DNA of 64,000 nucleotides from an uncultured Trueperaceae bacterium (GCA_963799485.1 CAWCXJ010000006.1:96001-160000); one strand, 5' to 3'; counted from the first letter of the stretch, positions 18,982-28,868 are shown. The notes: generated from the letters alone by a model not told the origin. Program-made: numbers and translations.

Positions 18982-19359
18982 GTGAACACCCGAAAGAGTG
19001 AAAGCTATCCTGCGGAGCCGGGCCGATTTCGACAAAGGGTTTTGGCGCTGGTCGCTGAAATTCCCGAGGGTTACGTAGCGACGTATGGGCAAATCGCGCT
19101 TTGGGCAGGCCGACCACGCGCGGCGCGTCAGGTGGGCGGCGTCTTGCACGGTCTTTCGGTAGCGGAAGCCGAGCGTGTGCCGTGGCACCGAGTTATCAAC
19201 GCACAGGGCGGGATTTCGACCTACAAGGTCGGTGCCGGCGAGCTGCAGCGCGCGCTCCTAGAGTCCGAGGGCGTGGTGTTTGGCGCGCAGGGGCGCTGCG
19301 ATTTAGAGCATTACCGTTTTGCCTTCGATGAGGGTTCCGGCTCTTCCGGTGCGACCTGA
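18982..19359 (+). CDS. Alkyltransferase-like protein (ATL/YbaZ, MGMT family)
   Basis: IPEGYVATYGQIA, ARQVG, PWHRV (Trp in place of the catalytic Cys) and QRALLESEGV. Confidence 0.9.
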   Translation: MNTRKSESYPAEPGRFRQRVLALVAEIPEGYVATYGQIALWAGRPRAARQVGGVLHGLSVAEAERVPWHRVINAQGGISTYKVGAGELQRALLESEGVVFGAQGRCDLEHYRFAFDEGSGSSGAT

Positions 19360-20300
19360 ACGCTGGCGTCGGGCGGCGTGGTGGGGTCGTAAGCTTCGGG
19401 AACGAGTACCCGGACACCGCCGGGGACGACCTCGACCTCGAGCGGTGTGTTGCCCAGTTCATCACCGTCGAGTTCGGTCGGCAGTTCTGGACGCGCAGCT
19501 ATTTTGACTTTCTTGGCTTTGAAGTAACGCAAATCCCGGTCGGCGCTGTAATCGCGGCGGAGTACCTTGAACGCGAGCCGGAGGTTGTCGCGGAGCCCTA
19601 CCGAGCCGATGGTTACGACGTTCAAAATGCCGTCGTGGTGCCAGATATCGGGGCCGATAGAGATGTTGGCGTTGTCGATACGCCCGATGTTGACGACCAT
19701 TGCGGTGTGCGCCCGGACTCGCTGGCGTTTACCGTCTAGCGTAAGGGTTAAAGAGCTGCGTTTAAGTCGGACGCTTTCTCTTAGCCCGACGAGAACATAG
19801 GCGAGAAATCCCAGACGGCGTTTGAGGTCGCGCGGGGACTGCTCGATGACCTTGGCGTCGAAACCGGCCCCGGTAATGAGCGCGAAGTAGCGGTCGGCGT
19901 TGGGTAAATAGCCTACGTCAAGTTCGACAATTTTCGCGGGCGCGTCGAAGAGAAGCTCGAGGGCCTCCCCCAAATCCTTGGAAATCTCGAGGGCCAGCGC
20001 GATCTGGCTCGCCGTCCCCGAGGGTAGCTGCGCCAGCGGGACGGGGTTCCCTGCGCGAATAAGCCCCGACATCGCCTCGACGACCGTGCCGTCACCGCCT
20101 GAGGTGAGGACGATATCGAAGCCTTCCTCAGCGGCACCTTGGGCCCACCCTTCGGCGTCGCCTGCGCCCGCCGTGCGGCGCACCTCTACCTCGACTCCGG
20201 CTTTTGCGGCGCGGTCTTCGATGAGTTTGGTGACTTCGTCCGGGTCTTGCTGCCCGGAAACCGGATTCATAATGACCAGAATTCGTTTGTAGGTGTTCAC
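19311..20300 (-). CDS. Diacylglycerol/lipid kinase family (YegS/BmrU-like)
   Basis: NPVSG, GGDGT, GAGFDA and ELDGD motifs; start placed at GTG 20300. Confidence 0.9.
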   Translation of the reverse strand: MNTYKRILVIMNPVSGQQDPDEVTKLIEDRAAKAGVEVEVRRTAGAGDAEGWAQGAAEEGFDIVLTSGGDGTVVEAMSGLIRAGNPVPLAQLPSGTASQIALALEISKDLGEALELLFDAPAKIVELDVGYLPNADRYFALITGAGFDAKVIEQSPRDLKRRLGFLAYVLVGLRESVRLKRSSLTLTLDGKRQRVRAHTAMVVNIGRIDNANISIGPDIWHHDGILNVVTIGSVGLRDNLRLAFKVLRRDYSADRDLRYFKAKKVKIAARPELPTELDGDELGNTPLEVEVVPGGVRVLVPEAYDPTTPPDASVQVAPEEPEPSSKAKR

Positions 20301-20385
20301 AGCGTCTGTGCCCACGTCGTAGCTCGTGTGTAACTGCCCATGCAAGCGTCCTCTTTCTCGGTTAAACGGGCCGTATAATAGCCCG

Positions 20386-21600
20386 ATGACGAGCCCATCG
20401 TATAACGAGCCGGACACAAACCAAGTTCGGGCTAAAGCCGTAGCCCGAGCCGAGGTCGCGCTGACAAGGCGTTTGATCGCCGCTTTCAGCCCCTCGAGTC
20501 GTGAACGCCCTGCCGCTGAGGTGCTGCTTTCCGCCTTTCGCGAGGCGGGCTTCGACGAGGCGTATCTGGACCCAGCCGGCAACGCCGTCGGCGTCTTGTA
20601 CGGCGGACTAGGTAAAACCGGGCGCACGGTGATGTTAAACGGACACATCGATACGGTGCCTTTAGGCGACGAACACGAGTGGCCTTATCCGCCGCTGTCG
20701 GGTGAACTTGCCGACGGGCGAATCTGGGGGCGCGGCGCGTGCGATATGAAAGCGGCCTTGGCCTGTATGGTTTACGCGGCGAAAGACGCACAGGCTGAGC
20801 TGGACGGTACGGTCATCGTGACCGGGGTCGTGCAAGAAGAGGTCGGTGGCCTCGGCGCACGCTACCTCAGCGAAACGCTGAAGGCCGATGTGGTGATTCT
20901 TGGCGAACCGAGCAAACTCAAGCTGATGCTCGGGCACCGGGGCCGGGTCGAGGTAGCGGTGAGTTTACCCGGCAAGATCGCCCACGCCGCTAGAAACGAG
21001 TTGGGCGACAACGCGCTTTACCGGGCGGGGCGGTTTTTGGCGGGCTTAGAGCACCTTGCCTTACCGACCGGCGGGCCGCTCGGGGGTTCGTCTTTAACGC
21101 CGACAAGTTTGACCTCGTACCCGGCAGACGGCAAAAACGTCGTCCCGGGACGCGCCGAGCTGACCATCGACTACCGCAACATCGCCGGCGATGAACCCGA
21201 AACGGTGCTGGCGCGGTTGGGGGCGCTCGAGCCCGCCGCCACCCTCACCATTCCCGACGAACACGCCGTCAGTGAAAGCGGTGAAGTGTCCTGCAGCTTC
21301 CCGCGTATCGTCCCGGTTTACGCCGCGCCGGGAGACCACCCGGATGTGGTGACGGCGCGGGGGGCGCTTGCCGGGGTCATGCAAGATGCGGGTCAAGCCT
21401 TTGGCGAAGATCACTGGTGGTTCGGCACCGACGCGCCGCATCTGGTCAAAACAACCACCGGCGGCGTCGTAATCGGTTTCGGCCCCGGTGAAGAAGAACT
21501 GGCGCACACGACGCGTGAGAGCGTCCCCGTAAAACATTTGCATTTGGCTAGGCAAGGGTACGCCGCGTTACTGCGCGCCTACCTTGGACAAAACGCATGA
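20386..21600 (+). CDS. M20/M25/M40 metallohydrolase (ArgE/DapE-like)
   Basis: GHIDTV, GRGACDMK, QEE, GEP, GTDA and AH motifs; TATAAT 6 nt before ATG 20386. Confidence 0.9.
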   Translation: MTSPSYNEPDTNQVRAKAVARAEVALTRRLIAAFSPSSRERPAAEVLLSAFREAGFDEAYLDPAGNAVGVLYGGLGKTGRTVMLNGHIDTVPLGDEHEWPYPPLSGELADGRIWGRGACDMKAALACMVYAAKDAQAELDGTVIVTGVVQEEVGGLGARYLSETLKADVVILGEPSKLKLMLGHRGRVEVAVSLPGKIAHAARNELGDNALYRAGRFLAGLEHLALPTGGPLGGSSLTPTSLTSYPADGKNVVPGRAELTIDYRNIAGDEPETVLARLGALEPAATLTIPDEHAVSESGEVSCSFPRIVPVYAAPGDHPDVVTARGALAGVMQDAGQAFGEDHWWFGTDAPHLVKTTTGGVVIGFGPGEEELAHTTRESVPVKHLHLARQGYAALLRAYLGQNA

Positions 21601-21917
21601 AAGGGGACACCGTAAGGCTCAACGGCGACCGCTGGACGGTAGTGGACGTAGCCCCGGCAGAGCCCCTTGCCGAGATGGTGGCGACGATTTTAGAAGCAGA
21701 AGGTTTTGTCGCCCTGGTGCGGGTCGCAGCAGGGATGGCGGACGTGCTGACACACCTGGGCGGGGTGAGCAGCGAAACGACGTTCGTGCTCGTCCCCGAA
21801 GCCGAGGCCGAAGCTGCGCTGGCGCTGATTGCCGAAACCGTAACCGACTATGAAGGCGAAGAACTCGAGGCCCTTCTCGCCGCTTCAGAACTCGGCGAGG
21901 ACAGCGAAAACCCCTGA
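21597..21917 (+). CDS. Hypothetical protein (DUF2007-like signalling domain)
   Basis: AEMVATILEAEG...VLVPEAEAEAA pattern; ATGA coupled to the upstream gene. Confidence 0.65.
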   Translation: MKGDTVRLNGDRWTVVDVAPAEPLAEMVATILEAEGFVALVRVAAGMADVLTHLGGVSSETTFVLVPEAEAEAALALIAETVTDYEGEELEALLAASELGEDSENP

Positions 21918-21919
21918 AT

Positions 21920-22846
21920 ATGTTTTACGGCGTGTTCTCTAAAGGCTCGCTCACGTCAGCGCAGGGGGCGTGGCTGAGCCTAATTCTCGCGGTTGTCGTC
22001 CTGACCCTTAAAATGGGCGCGTATCTGCTGAGCGGTTCCGTCGCGCTCTTGTCCGACGCAGCGGAATCTTTGGTCAACGTCGCGGCGGCGCTCGGGGTGA
22101 TGGTCTCGCTGAAAGTCGCGCGCACCCCGCCGGACTACGAGCACCCTTACGGACACGCCAAAGCCGAATACCTCTCGAGCGCCGTCGAAGGGTCGCTGAT
22201 TCTGGTCGCCGCTGCCGTGATCATCGCAACGTCCGGGTTCAGGCTGCTCACGCCGCAACCGCTCGAGAAGCCCTTCATCAGTGTGTCGGTCGCGTTCGCG
22301 GCAACGCTGCTAAATGGCAGCGGCGCGTTCTTGCTGGCGCGTTTAGCGCGCCATACCGGGTCGGCTGCGCTACGGGCGAACGCGCGGCATCTCTGGACAG
22401 ATGTTTGGACGTCGGTCGGGGTCGTCGTGGCGGTTTTGCTGGTAACCCTGACCGGCTGGCTCGCGCTCGACCCACTGATCGGTCTACTCGTCGGTTTGAA
22501 TATTGCGCGGGAGGGTTTGCACGTGCTCTCCGAGTCGTTTTCGGATTTGCTCGACGCGCGGCTGCCCGAAGCCGAGGAGCGCGAGATTATGAACGTGCTG
22601 GAAAGCCGCCCTGAAGTGCTGGGTTACCACCGGTTGCGCTCGCGGCGTTCCGGTTCGGGCCGTTTTGCCGAGGTCGATGTTTTCGTCGATCCGGCGATGA
22701 GCGTGGGCGCGGCGCACAAGCTGGTGAGTAGTCTCGAGGGGGCCTTGCAGCTTTCTCTCCCCGGCATCGTCACGACCGTTCACATCGAACCCGCCGAGGT
22801 CGGGGTACGCGAAGGCCCACGAACACCACACGACGAATACCGCTGA
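21920..22846 (+). CDS. Cation diffusion facilitator (FieF-like)
   Basis: SVALLSDAAES, HPYGHAKAE, HLWTD and HIEP motifs. Confidence 0.93.
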   Translation: MFYGVFSKGSLTSAQGAWLSLILAVVVLTLKMGAYLLSGSVALLSDAAESLVNVAAALGVMVSLKVARTPPDYEHPYGHAKAEYLSSAVEGSLILVAAAVIIATSGFRLLTPQPLEKPFISVSVAFAATLLNGSGAFLLARLARHTGSAALRANARHLWTDVWTSVGVVVAVLLVTLTGWLALDPLIGLLVGLNIAREGLHVLSESFSDLLDARLPEAEEREIMNVLESRPEVLGYHRLRSRRSGSGRFAEVDVFVDPAMSVGAAHKLVSSLEGALQLSLPGIVTTVHIEPAEVGVREGPRTPHDEYR

Positions 22847-23017
22847 GTGCGCTCAGGTCGGAGTTTTTGAGTGTTGCTCGGTTGTGAGAGACGTGCGTGA
22901 TTTGACACCGGCGTTCGGCAAGGATTCGGGGAAGGCGCCAGGGCAACCGGGACGGTGTTTTACGGCACTTTCAAGCCATCAAGCCAGCAGCGCCGCTCTA
23001 ACGCCGACAGTGCGGCG

Positions 23018-23923
23018 TCAGCTACGCACAACCTCACCACTGTAGTACTCGACGCGGGTCAGCCCGGCCCGTTTGACGCAGGTCAGCTCACCGTTATAGG
23101 GCGCGTCGAACGCGCCTGCCGTCGGCGGTACGTCGCTGTAGTCGCGCCCCAAGGCCACAATGATGTAGTCCAGACCGGGGCGACGGCGGTTTGTCGGGTC
23201 GAAGCCGTAAGCGGTAAACGCGTCGCCCTCGGGAACCAGCACTTCGGCCCAGGCGTGTGAGCCCCCTTCACCGAGCATGTGACCCGACACGTAACGCGCC
23301 GGAACGCCCGCCGCGCGGCACATCGCGACCATGATGTGGGCGTAATCCTGGCAGAGCCCGACGCCGCCGGCAAGCGCCACAGAAGCCGGGGTGCGGGTAT
23401 CGGTCGCGCCGAACCCGTAACGCACCGCGTGGTGTACCCATTCGTTCAGGCGCGCCGCAAACGCCAGCGTACCCGCGTAGGTGCCGCGCAGCTCCCGGGC
23501 AATCCCGCGCATCTTGGCGTCGGCTGCGGTAAGCGGGGTAACCTCCCGGAAGGGGGCGACCTCCGCCGCGCTAAAATGGGCCGGGGGCACGCCCGCACAG
23601 TTTTTTACGGTGCTGAAAAGCCTGAACTCGAGCCCTGTGTCTACCGTTTCGGCTTCGACCGCCAAGATGGTATTACCGAAAATGTCCGTATGCGTAGCAA
23701 CCTCGAACGGCGGCGTGACGCTCACGGCGGCGCTGCACAACTTTTGACCGCCGTAAACGTCTCTGGGCGTTACCGTCAGCTCGTGCCGGAGTTTATGAAT
23801 CGGCCCCGGATAGCGGTACGCAAAACTTTGATAAAGCGTGTGCTGGGCGCTTTTAACCTGCGACCACACGACACTTTTGCGGTCGATAAAGCCGGGCACC
23901 GTGTAGGGCGCGGTAGAGGTCAC
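23018..23923 (-). CDS. Transglutaminase-like protein with N-terminal Bact_transglu_N domain
   Basis: Intact triad GLCQDYAH / SHAW / FDPTN; GRDYSDVPP. Confidence 0.92.
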   Translation of the reverse strand: MTSTAPYTVPGFIDRKSVVWSQVKSAQHTLYQSFAYRYPGPIHKLRHELTVTPRDVYGGQKLCSAAVSVTPPFEVATHTDIFGNTILAVEAETVDTGLEFRLFSTVKNCAGVPPAHFSAAEVAPFREVTPLTAADAKMRGIARELRGTYAGTLAFAARLNEWVHHAVRYGFGATDTRTPASVALAGGVGLCQDYAHIMVAMCRAAGVPARYVSGHMLGEGGSHAWAEVLVPEGDAFTAYGFDPTNRRRPGLDYIIVALGRDYSDVPPTAGAFDAPYNGELTCVKRAGLTRVEYYSGEVVRS

Positions 23924-24165
23924 TGAAACCCGGCAACTGCCGGTCGGCAGTTGTAAGCATTTTGGGCCGTTCCGCCCAGCACGATAAAAGCCGCTGTCAC
24001 CGTGACGTCACCGTAGCAGGTATCATCACAAAACGTGCACGCCGTTCGGGTTTGTTTCCATATACAGCATCTTAAACCGAACGCCTCCCACCATCTCAAA
24101 AGCTGTACCGACCTGAACAATTCTACCGTAATTCCCGCGTCAGCCTGAACTGCAGGTCCGGTCAC
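23920..24165 (-). CDS. Cys-rich 81-aa ORF or inserted segment between the two transglutaminases
   Basis: GTGA overlaps with both neighbours; six Cys; bounded by a GGTCACT direct repeat. Confidence 0.35.
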   Translation of the reverse strand: MTGPAVQADAGITVELFRSVQLLRWWEAFGLRCCIWKQTRTACTFCDDTCYGDVTVTAAFIVLGGTAQNAYNCRPAVAGFQ

Positions 24166-24989
24166 TCCTGCGGCAACACAAAGTCATCGGCTACTTCGTC
24201 GGCCCAAACATTCATCTGCAAGAGCCGGGCGTTGCCGTAAACCGTCGAAAAGGCGGTATCGACGGCGTCGCGTCCGTAGGCAATCAGCACGCGCCCGATA
24301 CGCGGGCGGTTATGCCGCGCGTCGAAGGTGCGCCACTCACCGCCGATAAACGCCTCGAACCAGGCGTGAAAGTCCATCGGCCTGCCGTCCGGGGGTACAT
24401 CGATGTCGGGCAGGTAGCCGCACACGTAACGCGCCGGGATATTGAGCGCGCGGCAAAAAACAATGCCCAAGTGCGCGAAATCGCGGCAGACGCCGCAGCG
24501 TCCCAGATAAGCTTCGTGACTGCTCGTCACCGTGGTGCTGCCCGCGCCGTAGCTGATATTTTCATGCAACCAGTCGCAGATCGCCTGCACCTGATCCCAA
24601 CCGGGTCGGAGGTTGCCGAACAGCTGCCAGGCGTCGTCGCTAAAGGGCTCGAGCTGACAGTAGCGGCTCGGCAGGGTGTAGATCATCACCTCGTCGGGCA
24701 GCGCCGCAACCGGCGTCGCGGCGAGTCCCGGCAGTACGGCGTCGGGCGTCGGCGGCACCTCGGCGAGCACGTCGTGCCGGACACTAAAGGTTCCCGGCCC
24801 GACGACGGTGCGCCAGACCTCGTTGCCGTAAAGGTCGCGGTACTCGCTCAGCGTCCTCTGCGGCGTGGCTACGCGCGCTTCTGCGAGTGTTTGGTGGTAG
24901 CGGCTGCCAGGCCGCGTGCGGACGCTCAACAGTATCGGCGTCTCATACTCCGACCTATAGGTAAGTTCACAACCTGCACGGACTTTCAT
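24162..24989 (-). CDS. Transglutaminase-like protein
   Basis: PSRYC, GVCRDFAH, MDFHAW, FDARHN and GRDAVD motifs. Confidence 0.93.
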   Translation of the reverse strand: MKVRAGCELTYRSEYETPILLSVRTRPGSRYHQTLAEARVATPQRTLSEYRDLYGNEVWRTVVGPGTFSVRHDVLAEVPPTPDAVLPGLAATPVAALPDEVMIYTLPSRYCQLEPFSDDAWQLFGNLRPGWDQVQAICDWLHENISYGAGSTTVTSSHEAYLGRCGVCRDFAHLGIVFCRALNIPARYVCGYLPDIDVPPDGRPMDFHAWFEAFIGGEWRTFDARHNRPRIGRVLIAYGRDAVDTAFSTVYGNARLLQMNVWADEVADDFVLPQE

Positions 24990-25031
24990 GGTGTCCCCCT
25001 TGGGATGCCAGCTCGGTTAAAGCCAGCTTCG

Positions 25032-26099
25032 TTACTTCCGGCCTTGACGCTGACTCTGGCTCCCATACCCCCGACTCTGGCTTTGACGCTGACTCTGACC
25101 GGTGCTGGGGCCGAAACCCTGTTGCAGCTGGCTCTGCACGAGCCGCTGCGCCTCGGGTGCATTTTCAAAGTAGGCGCGCCGGGTGGCGTCGGATATTTTG
25201 GCGAGCGCGACGAGGAGCGCTTCTAAACTCGGGTCTTCGCGTTCGATAATCTGCTCGGCCCCGCGCATATAGGTCAGCTGCGCGTTCAGCCACCCCGACT
25301 GCCTGAGCGGTTCGGACGACACCTCGGGATTTTGCGCGTTGATACTTTCCAGACTCTGAAAAAGCCGTTTGACACTGTAACGCAAACTGCGCGGAAAAAG
25401 CGGGTCGAGCAGCAAAAAGGCGGCGATGCGGTTCGGCTCGAGAGCGTTGTGATGGCTTTTACGAAACGCTTCAAAGGCGCTACACGACTTGAGCAGGGCG
25501 GTTGCCCGGTGCAGTTCGATACCGCGCGCGACCGGCTCATTGCCACGGTACTGACGGTAGCGCACCTGAAGAATCCGCAAAACATTGTCTGAACGTTCCA
25601 AATGCCGTCCGGCGCGCAGAAAAAGCCAACCCTGGTCGTGCGGCATGGTCGCTCCGGCCAGCCCGAAAAAGAGTGCGCTCACCTCGCGCACGGCCTCGCA
25701 GTAGTCGTGCAGCGTCATATTGTCGTCGTAACCGACGCAGAGCGCTAGGTACGCGCGGTTGAGCGATCCCCACATCTCCGACGAGATACGGTCGCGGAGC
25801 GTCCGGGCGTTTTCGCGGGCGTGGGTCAGGCTCGAGCGGATGCTGCTCGGGTTGCTGTCATGGTTGGTCAACCACGCCGGCACGGTGTTGCGGTCGGCTT
25901 TGCTGAAGTGCGCCTTAAAACCCTCCGCGTCGCCGGTAATCTGCAATAGGGGTGCCCACTGTTCGGTCAGGATGCCCTTTGAGAGGTACGGCGCTTCGAC
26001 CATCGCGTGGTAGTTCACATCCAAGAGCCTGGCGGTATTTTCGGCCCGCTCTATATAGCGGCCCATCCAGTAGAGGTTTTCGGCAATCCGGCTAAGCAC
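25032..26099 (-). CDS. Alpha-E domain protein (DUF403) with a Gln/Ser-rich tail
   Basis: LSRIAENLYWMGRYIERAEN and GRHLERSDN (paired ER motifs), ARENAR..R..IS.EMW and FPRS. Confidence 0.92.
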   Translation of the reverse strand: MLSRIAENLYWMGRYIERAENTARLLDVNYHAMVEAPYLSKGILTEQWAPLLQITGDAEGFKAHFSKADRNTVPAWLTNHDSNPSSIRSSLTHARENARTLRDRISSEMWGSLNRAYLALCVGYDDNMTLHDYCEAVREVSALFFGLAGATMPHDQGWLFLRAGRHLERSDNVLRILQVRYRQYRGNEPVARGIELHRATALLKSCSAFEAFRKSHHNALEPNRIAAFLLLDPLFPRSLRYSVKRLFQSLESINAQNPEVSSEPLRQSGWLNAQLTYMRGAEQIIEREDPSLEALLVALAKISDATRRAYFENAPEAQRLVQSQLQQGFGPSTGQSQRQSQSRGYGSQSQRQGRK

Positions 26100-27621
26100 C
26101 GGGCGCACCGTCCTGAGCGCTGTCCGACAGTTCTCGGCCCGTGCCGTCGTCTTCTAAAACCCAGGTGTCTTTCGACCCGCCCCCCTGCGACGAATTGACC
26201 ACCAGCGAACCGCGTTTAAGTGCGACGCGGGTGAGGCCGCCGGGGATGACCGTCGGCGTTTCGCCCCACAAGATGTAGGGCCGCAGATCGACGTGGCACG
26301 GCTCGAACACCTCGGAATCGGCGTAGTAGGTCGGGTGGCTCGAGAGCTGCACAATCGGCTGGGCGATATAGTTATGCGGATTTTTGCGCACCTGCGCCAC
26401 AAACGCCTTACAGAGCTCGGGCGACGCCTCGCTGCCGACGAGCATCCCGTAGCCCCCGGCTCCGCCGACCTCTTTAATGACCAAGCTCGGAGCCTGCTCG
26501 CAGATATGCTCGAGCATCTCGGGGTCGGCCCCCAAGTACGTTTCGACGTTTGGAAGGATTGGTGTTTCACCCAGATAGTATTCGATCATCTTCGGCACAT
26601 ACGCGTACATCGCCTTGTCGTCGGCGACGCCCGTACCGACTGCGTTGGCGAGCGCGACCCGACCCTCTTTGTAGACGTCCATCAATCCCGGTACACCCAA
26701 CGTCGACTCACGGCGGAAGGCGTGCGGGTCTAGAAAATCGTCGTCGATACGGCGGTAGATCACGTCAACTTGCTGTTTCCCCTGCGTGGTGCGCATCCAT
26801 ACGCGCCCGTCGGCCACGAACAAGTCGCGCCCCTCGACGAGTTCGACGCCCATCTGCTGCGCCAAATAGCTGTGTTCGTAGTAGGCGCTGTTGTACTGCC
26901 CCGGCGTCAGAACGACCACGGTCGGTTCACCGTCACGGGGCGACAGGCTCTGGAGCGTCTCGAAGAGCGCCGTGGTGTAGTGCGTAATCGGGCGCACCCG
27001 CTGGCGCATCATCAGCTTCGGAAACGAGCGCGCCATCACGGCGCGGTTGGCGAGCATGTACGACACGCCGCTGGGATTACGGAGGTTGTCTTCCAGCACG
27101 CGGTACTGACCTTCGCTGTCGCGGATAAGGTCGCAGCCGACGACGTGCGTATATGCGCCGTGCGGCAACGCCACACCCGACATCTGCGGGCGAAAATGGG
27201 CGTTTTTACGGACTAAAGCTTCGGGCACTACGCCGTCTTTTAGGATTTCCTCGCCGTGATAGAGGTCGTGCAAAAACAGGTTGAGGGCGCGAACCCGCTG
27301 GATCAGGCCGCGCTCGAGCGTATCCCACTCAGCTGCCGGAATCACCCGCGGAAACGGGTCGAAGGGGAAGGGGCGTTCGGTACCCTCGGCGTCGCCGTAA
27401 ACGGTAAAGGTGATGCCCTGATTGCGCAAGGTCAGTTCGATAAGGCCCCGCCGCCGCCGAAATTCGTCCTTGCCGAGCGCCCGGAAGCCGTCGGCGAGCG
27501 CTGCGTAGTGGGGCCGCACGGTGCTACCCGTAGAGCCGCCGGAGGCGAACGCTTCGTCGAACCCCCGCACCGGATAGTCGCCGAACACATCAGAAGCAGG
27601 ATTTTCGGGAGCGGGTTGCAT
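26092..27621 (-). CDS. Circularly permuted type 2 ATP-grasp protein (DUF404/DUF407)
   Basis: GITFTVY, PFDP.PR, VLEDN.R.PSGVSY, YRRIDD, GGYG and VVNSSQGGGSKDTWV motifs; TAGACT 5 nt before ATG 27621. Confidence 0.95.
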   Translation of the reverse strand: MQPAPENPASDVFGDYPVRGFDEAFASGGSTGSTVRPHYAALADGFRALGKDEFRRRRGLIELTLRNQGITFTVYGDAEGTERPFPFDPFPRVIPAAEWDTLERGLIQRVRALNLFLHDLYHGEEILKDGVVPEALVRKNAHFRPQMSGVALPHGAYTHVVGCDLIRDSEGQYRVLEDNLRNPSGVSYMLANRAVMARSFPKLMMRQRVRPITHYTTALFETLQSLSPRDGEPTVVVLTPGQYNSAYYEHSYLAQQMGVELVEGRDLFVADGRVWMRTTQGKQQVDVIYRRIDDDFLDPHAFRRESTLGVPGLMDVYKEGRVALANAVGTGVADDKAMYAYVPKMIEYYLGETPILPNVETYLGADPEMLEHICEQAPSLVIKEVGGAGGYGMLVGSEASPELCKAFVAQVRKNPHNYIAQPIVQLSSHPTYYADSEVFEPCHVDLRPYILWGETPTVIPGGLTRVALKRGSLVVNSSQGGGSKDTWVLEDDGTGRELSDSAQDGAPGA

Positions 27622-28031
27622 AAAAAAGTCTATCACGCAAGCCGCAAGCTACCGCAAGTTTGCCGTAGCGCCGTAAAGATACCGTAAAATGTCGCCAAAA
27701 TGTTTGACATTTTGCAGGAGTTAACGATGTTTCGCGCTCGACTCGCAACGATCACCACACTGCCGTCCAAACGGCGCCAACCGCCCGCAGCCTGGTCTCG
27801 GATTGACAAACGTCCGGCCCAGACCGCATACTTAAGACCGCTTTGGAGGTGACGTATGGCCTACAATTTGGTAATTGCCTACACGCGCCTCGAGCCCCGT
27901 TGTTACTAAAGCCACCCCGCTCGAGTCGCCTGCACCCGCTGCGCACCTGTACTACCTACCTGTACCAGGTATTTGCAAATAGTGCATGTTTGTAGACAGG
28001 TCAGCTCGAACCGCGACCCGTTGGAGGGGAT

Positions 28032-28868
28032 TTGAAGAATTTTGACGAATTAGCCGACCCAAAAGAAAGTTTTTCCAAACGCAAAGACCGCCGTAAACCC
28101 AGGGGGCGGCGCTCGGTCAATCAGCTTCGTACGAGTGTCGGCTTCGACGACGCCGGACTGCAAGGGTTACTCGAGCGCGGCCTCATCACCGAACTCGTTG
28201 GCGAGCTTAAAAGCGGCAAGGAAGCCACCGTTTATCTTGCCCGTGGCCCGGGGGGACTCATGGCCGCCAAACTCTACCGCGACGCCGCCGTGCGCTCGTT
28301 CAAGAACGACGGGCACTACCGCGAAGGGCGCTTTATCAGCGACGCCCGCGTGAAAAAAGCCATCGAACAGCGGAGCAAAACGGGCGTAAGTGCGCAGCAG
28401 GCGCTCTGGGTGATGCACGAATATACCCAGCTCTGGGCGCTCTATGAGGCCGGCATACCCGTCCCGAAGCCGCTCGTCGGCCCCGGCGCAGACGACTGTG
28501 CCCGCGCGGGCCGCGTTGTGCTGATGGACTTTATCGGTAACGACGAGGGGGCCGCGCCGCGCCTCGCCGACCTGCGCTTAAGCCCGGAGGAAGCTGAAGC
28601 CGCCTTTTCCCAGAGCGTCGAACTGCTCGGCGCGCTACTCAAACTCGGCAAAGTCCACGGCGATTTTTCAGCCTACAACCTGCTCTGGTGGGAGGGCCGG
28701 GTCATCGTTATCGACGTGCCGCAGATGGTCGAGGTGCGCGAAAATCCGCACGCTGCCGGGCTGTTAGCGCGCGACGTTACGTCGCTTTGCCGTTCACTTA
28801 AAGGTATCCGCGCCGACCCCGGTAAGGTTTTGATAAACGTAAAACGGCTTGCCGCACACCCTATGTGA
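28032..28868 (+). CDS. RIO1-family atypical Ser/Thr kinase/ATPase
   Basis: KSGKEATVY, AAKLY, PVPKP, HGDFSAYN and IDVPQ motifs; GGAGG RBS. Confidence 0.92.
   Translation: MKNFDELADPKESFSKRKDRRKPRGRRSVNQLRTSVGFDDAGLQGLLERGLITELVGELKSGKEATVYLARGPGGLMAAKLYRDAAVRSFKNDGHYREGRFISDARVKKAIEQRSKTGVSAQQALWVMHEYTQLWALYEAGIPVPKPLVGPGADDCARAGRVVLMDFIGNDEGAAPRLADLRLSPEEAEAAFSQSVELLGALLKLGKVHGDFSAYNLLWWEGRVIVIDVPQMVEVRENPHAAGLLARDVTSLCRSLKGIRADPGKVLINVKRLAAHPM

Noticed and set aside
24312..25226. 304-aa plus-strand ORF and similar long antisense ORFs (30193-31032, 45484-46497, 58253-58993)
   Set aside because: Shadow frames of well-supported genes, expected in GC-rich DNA.
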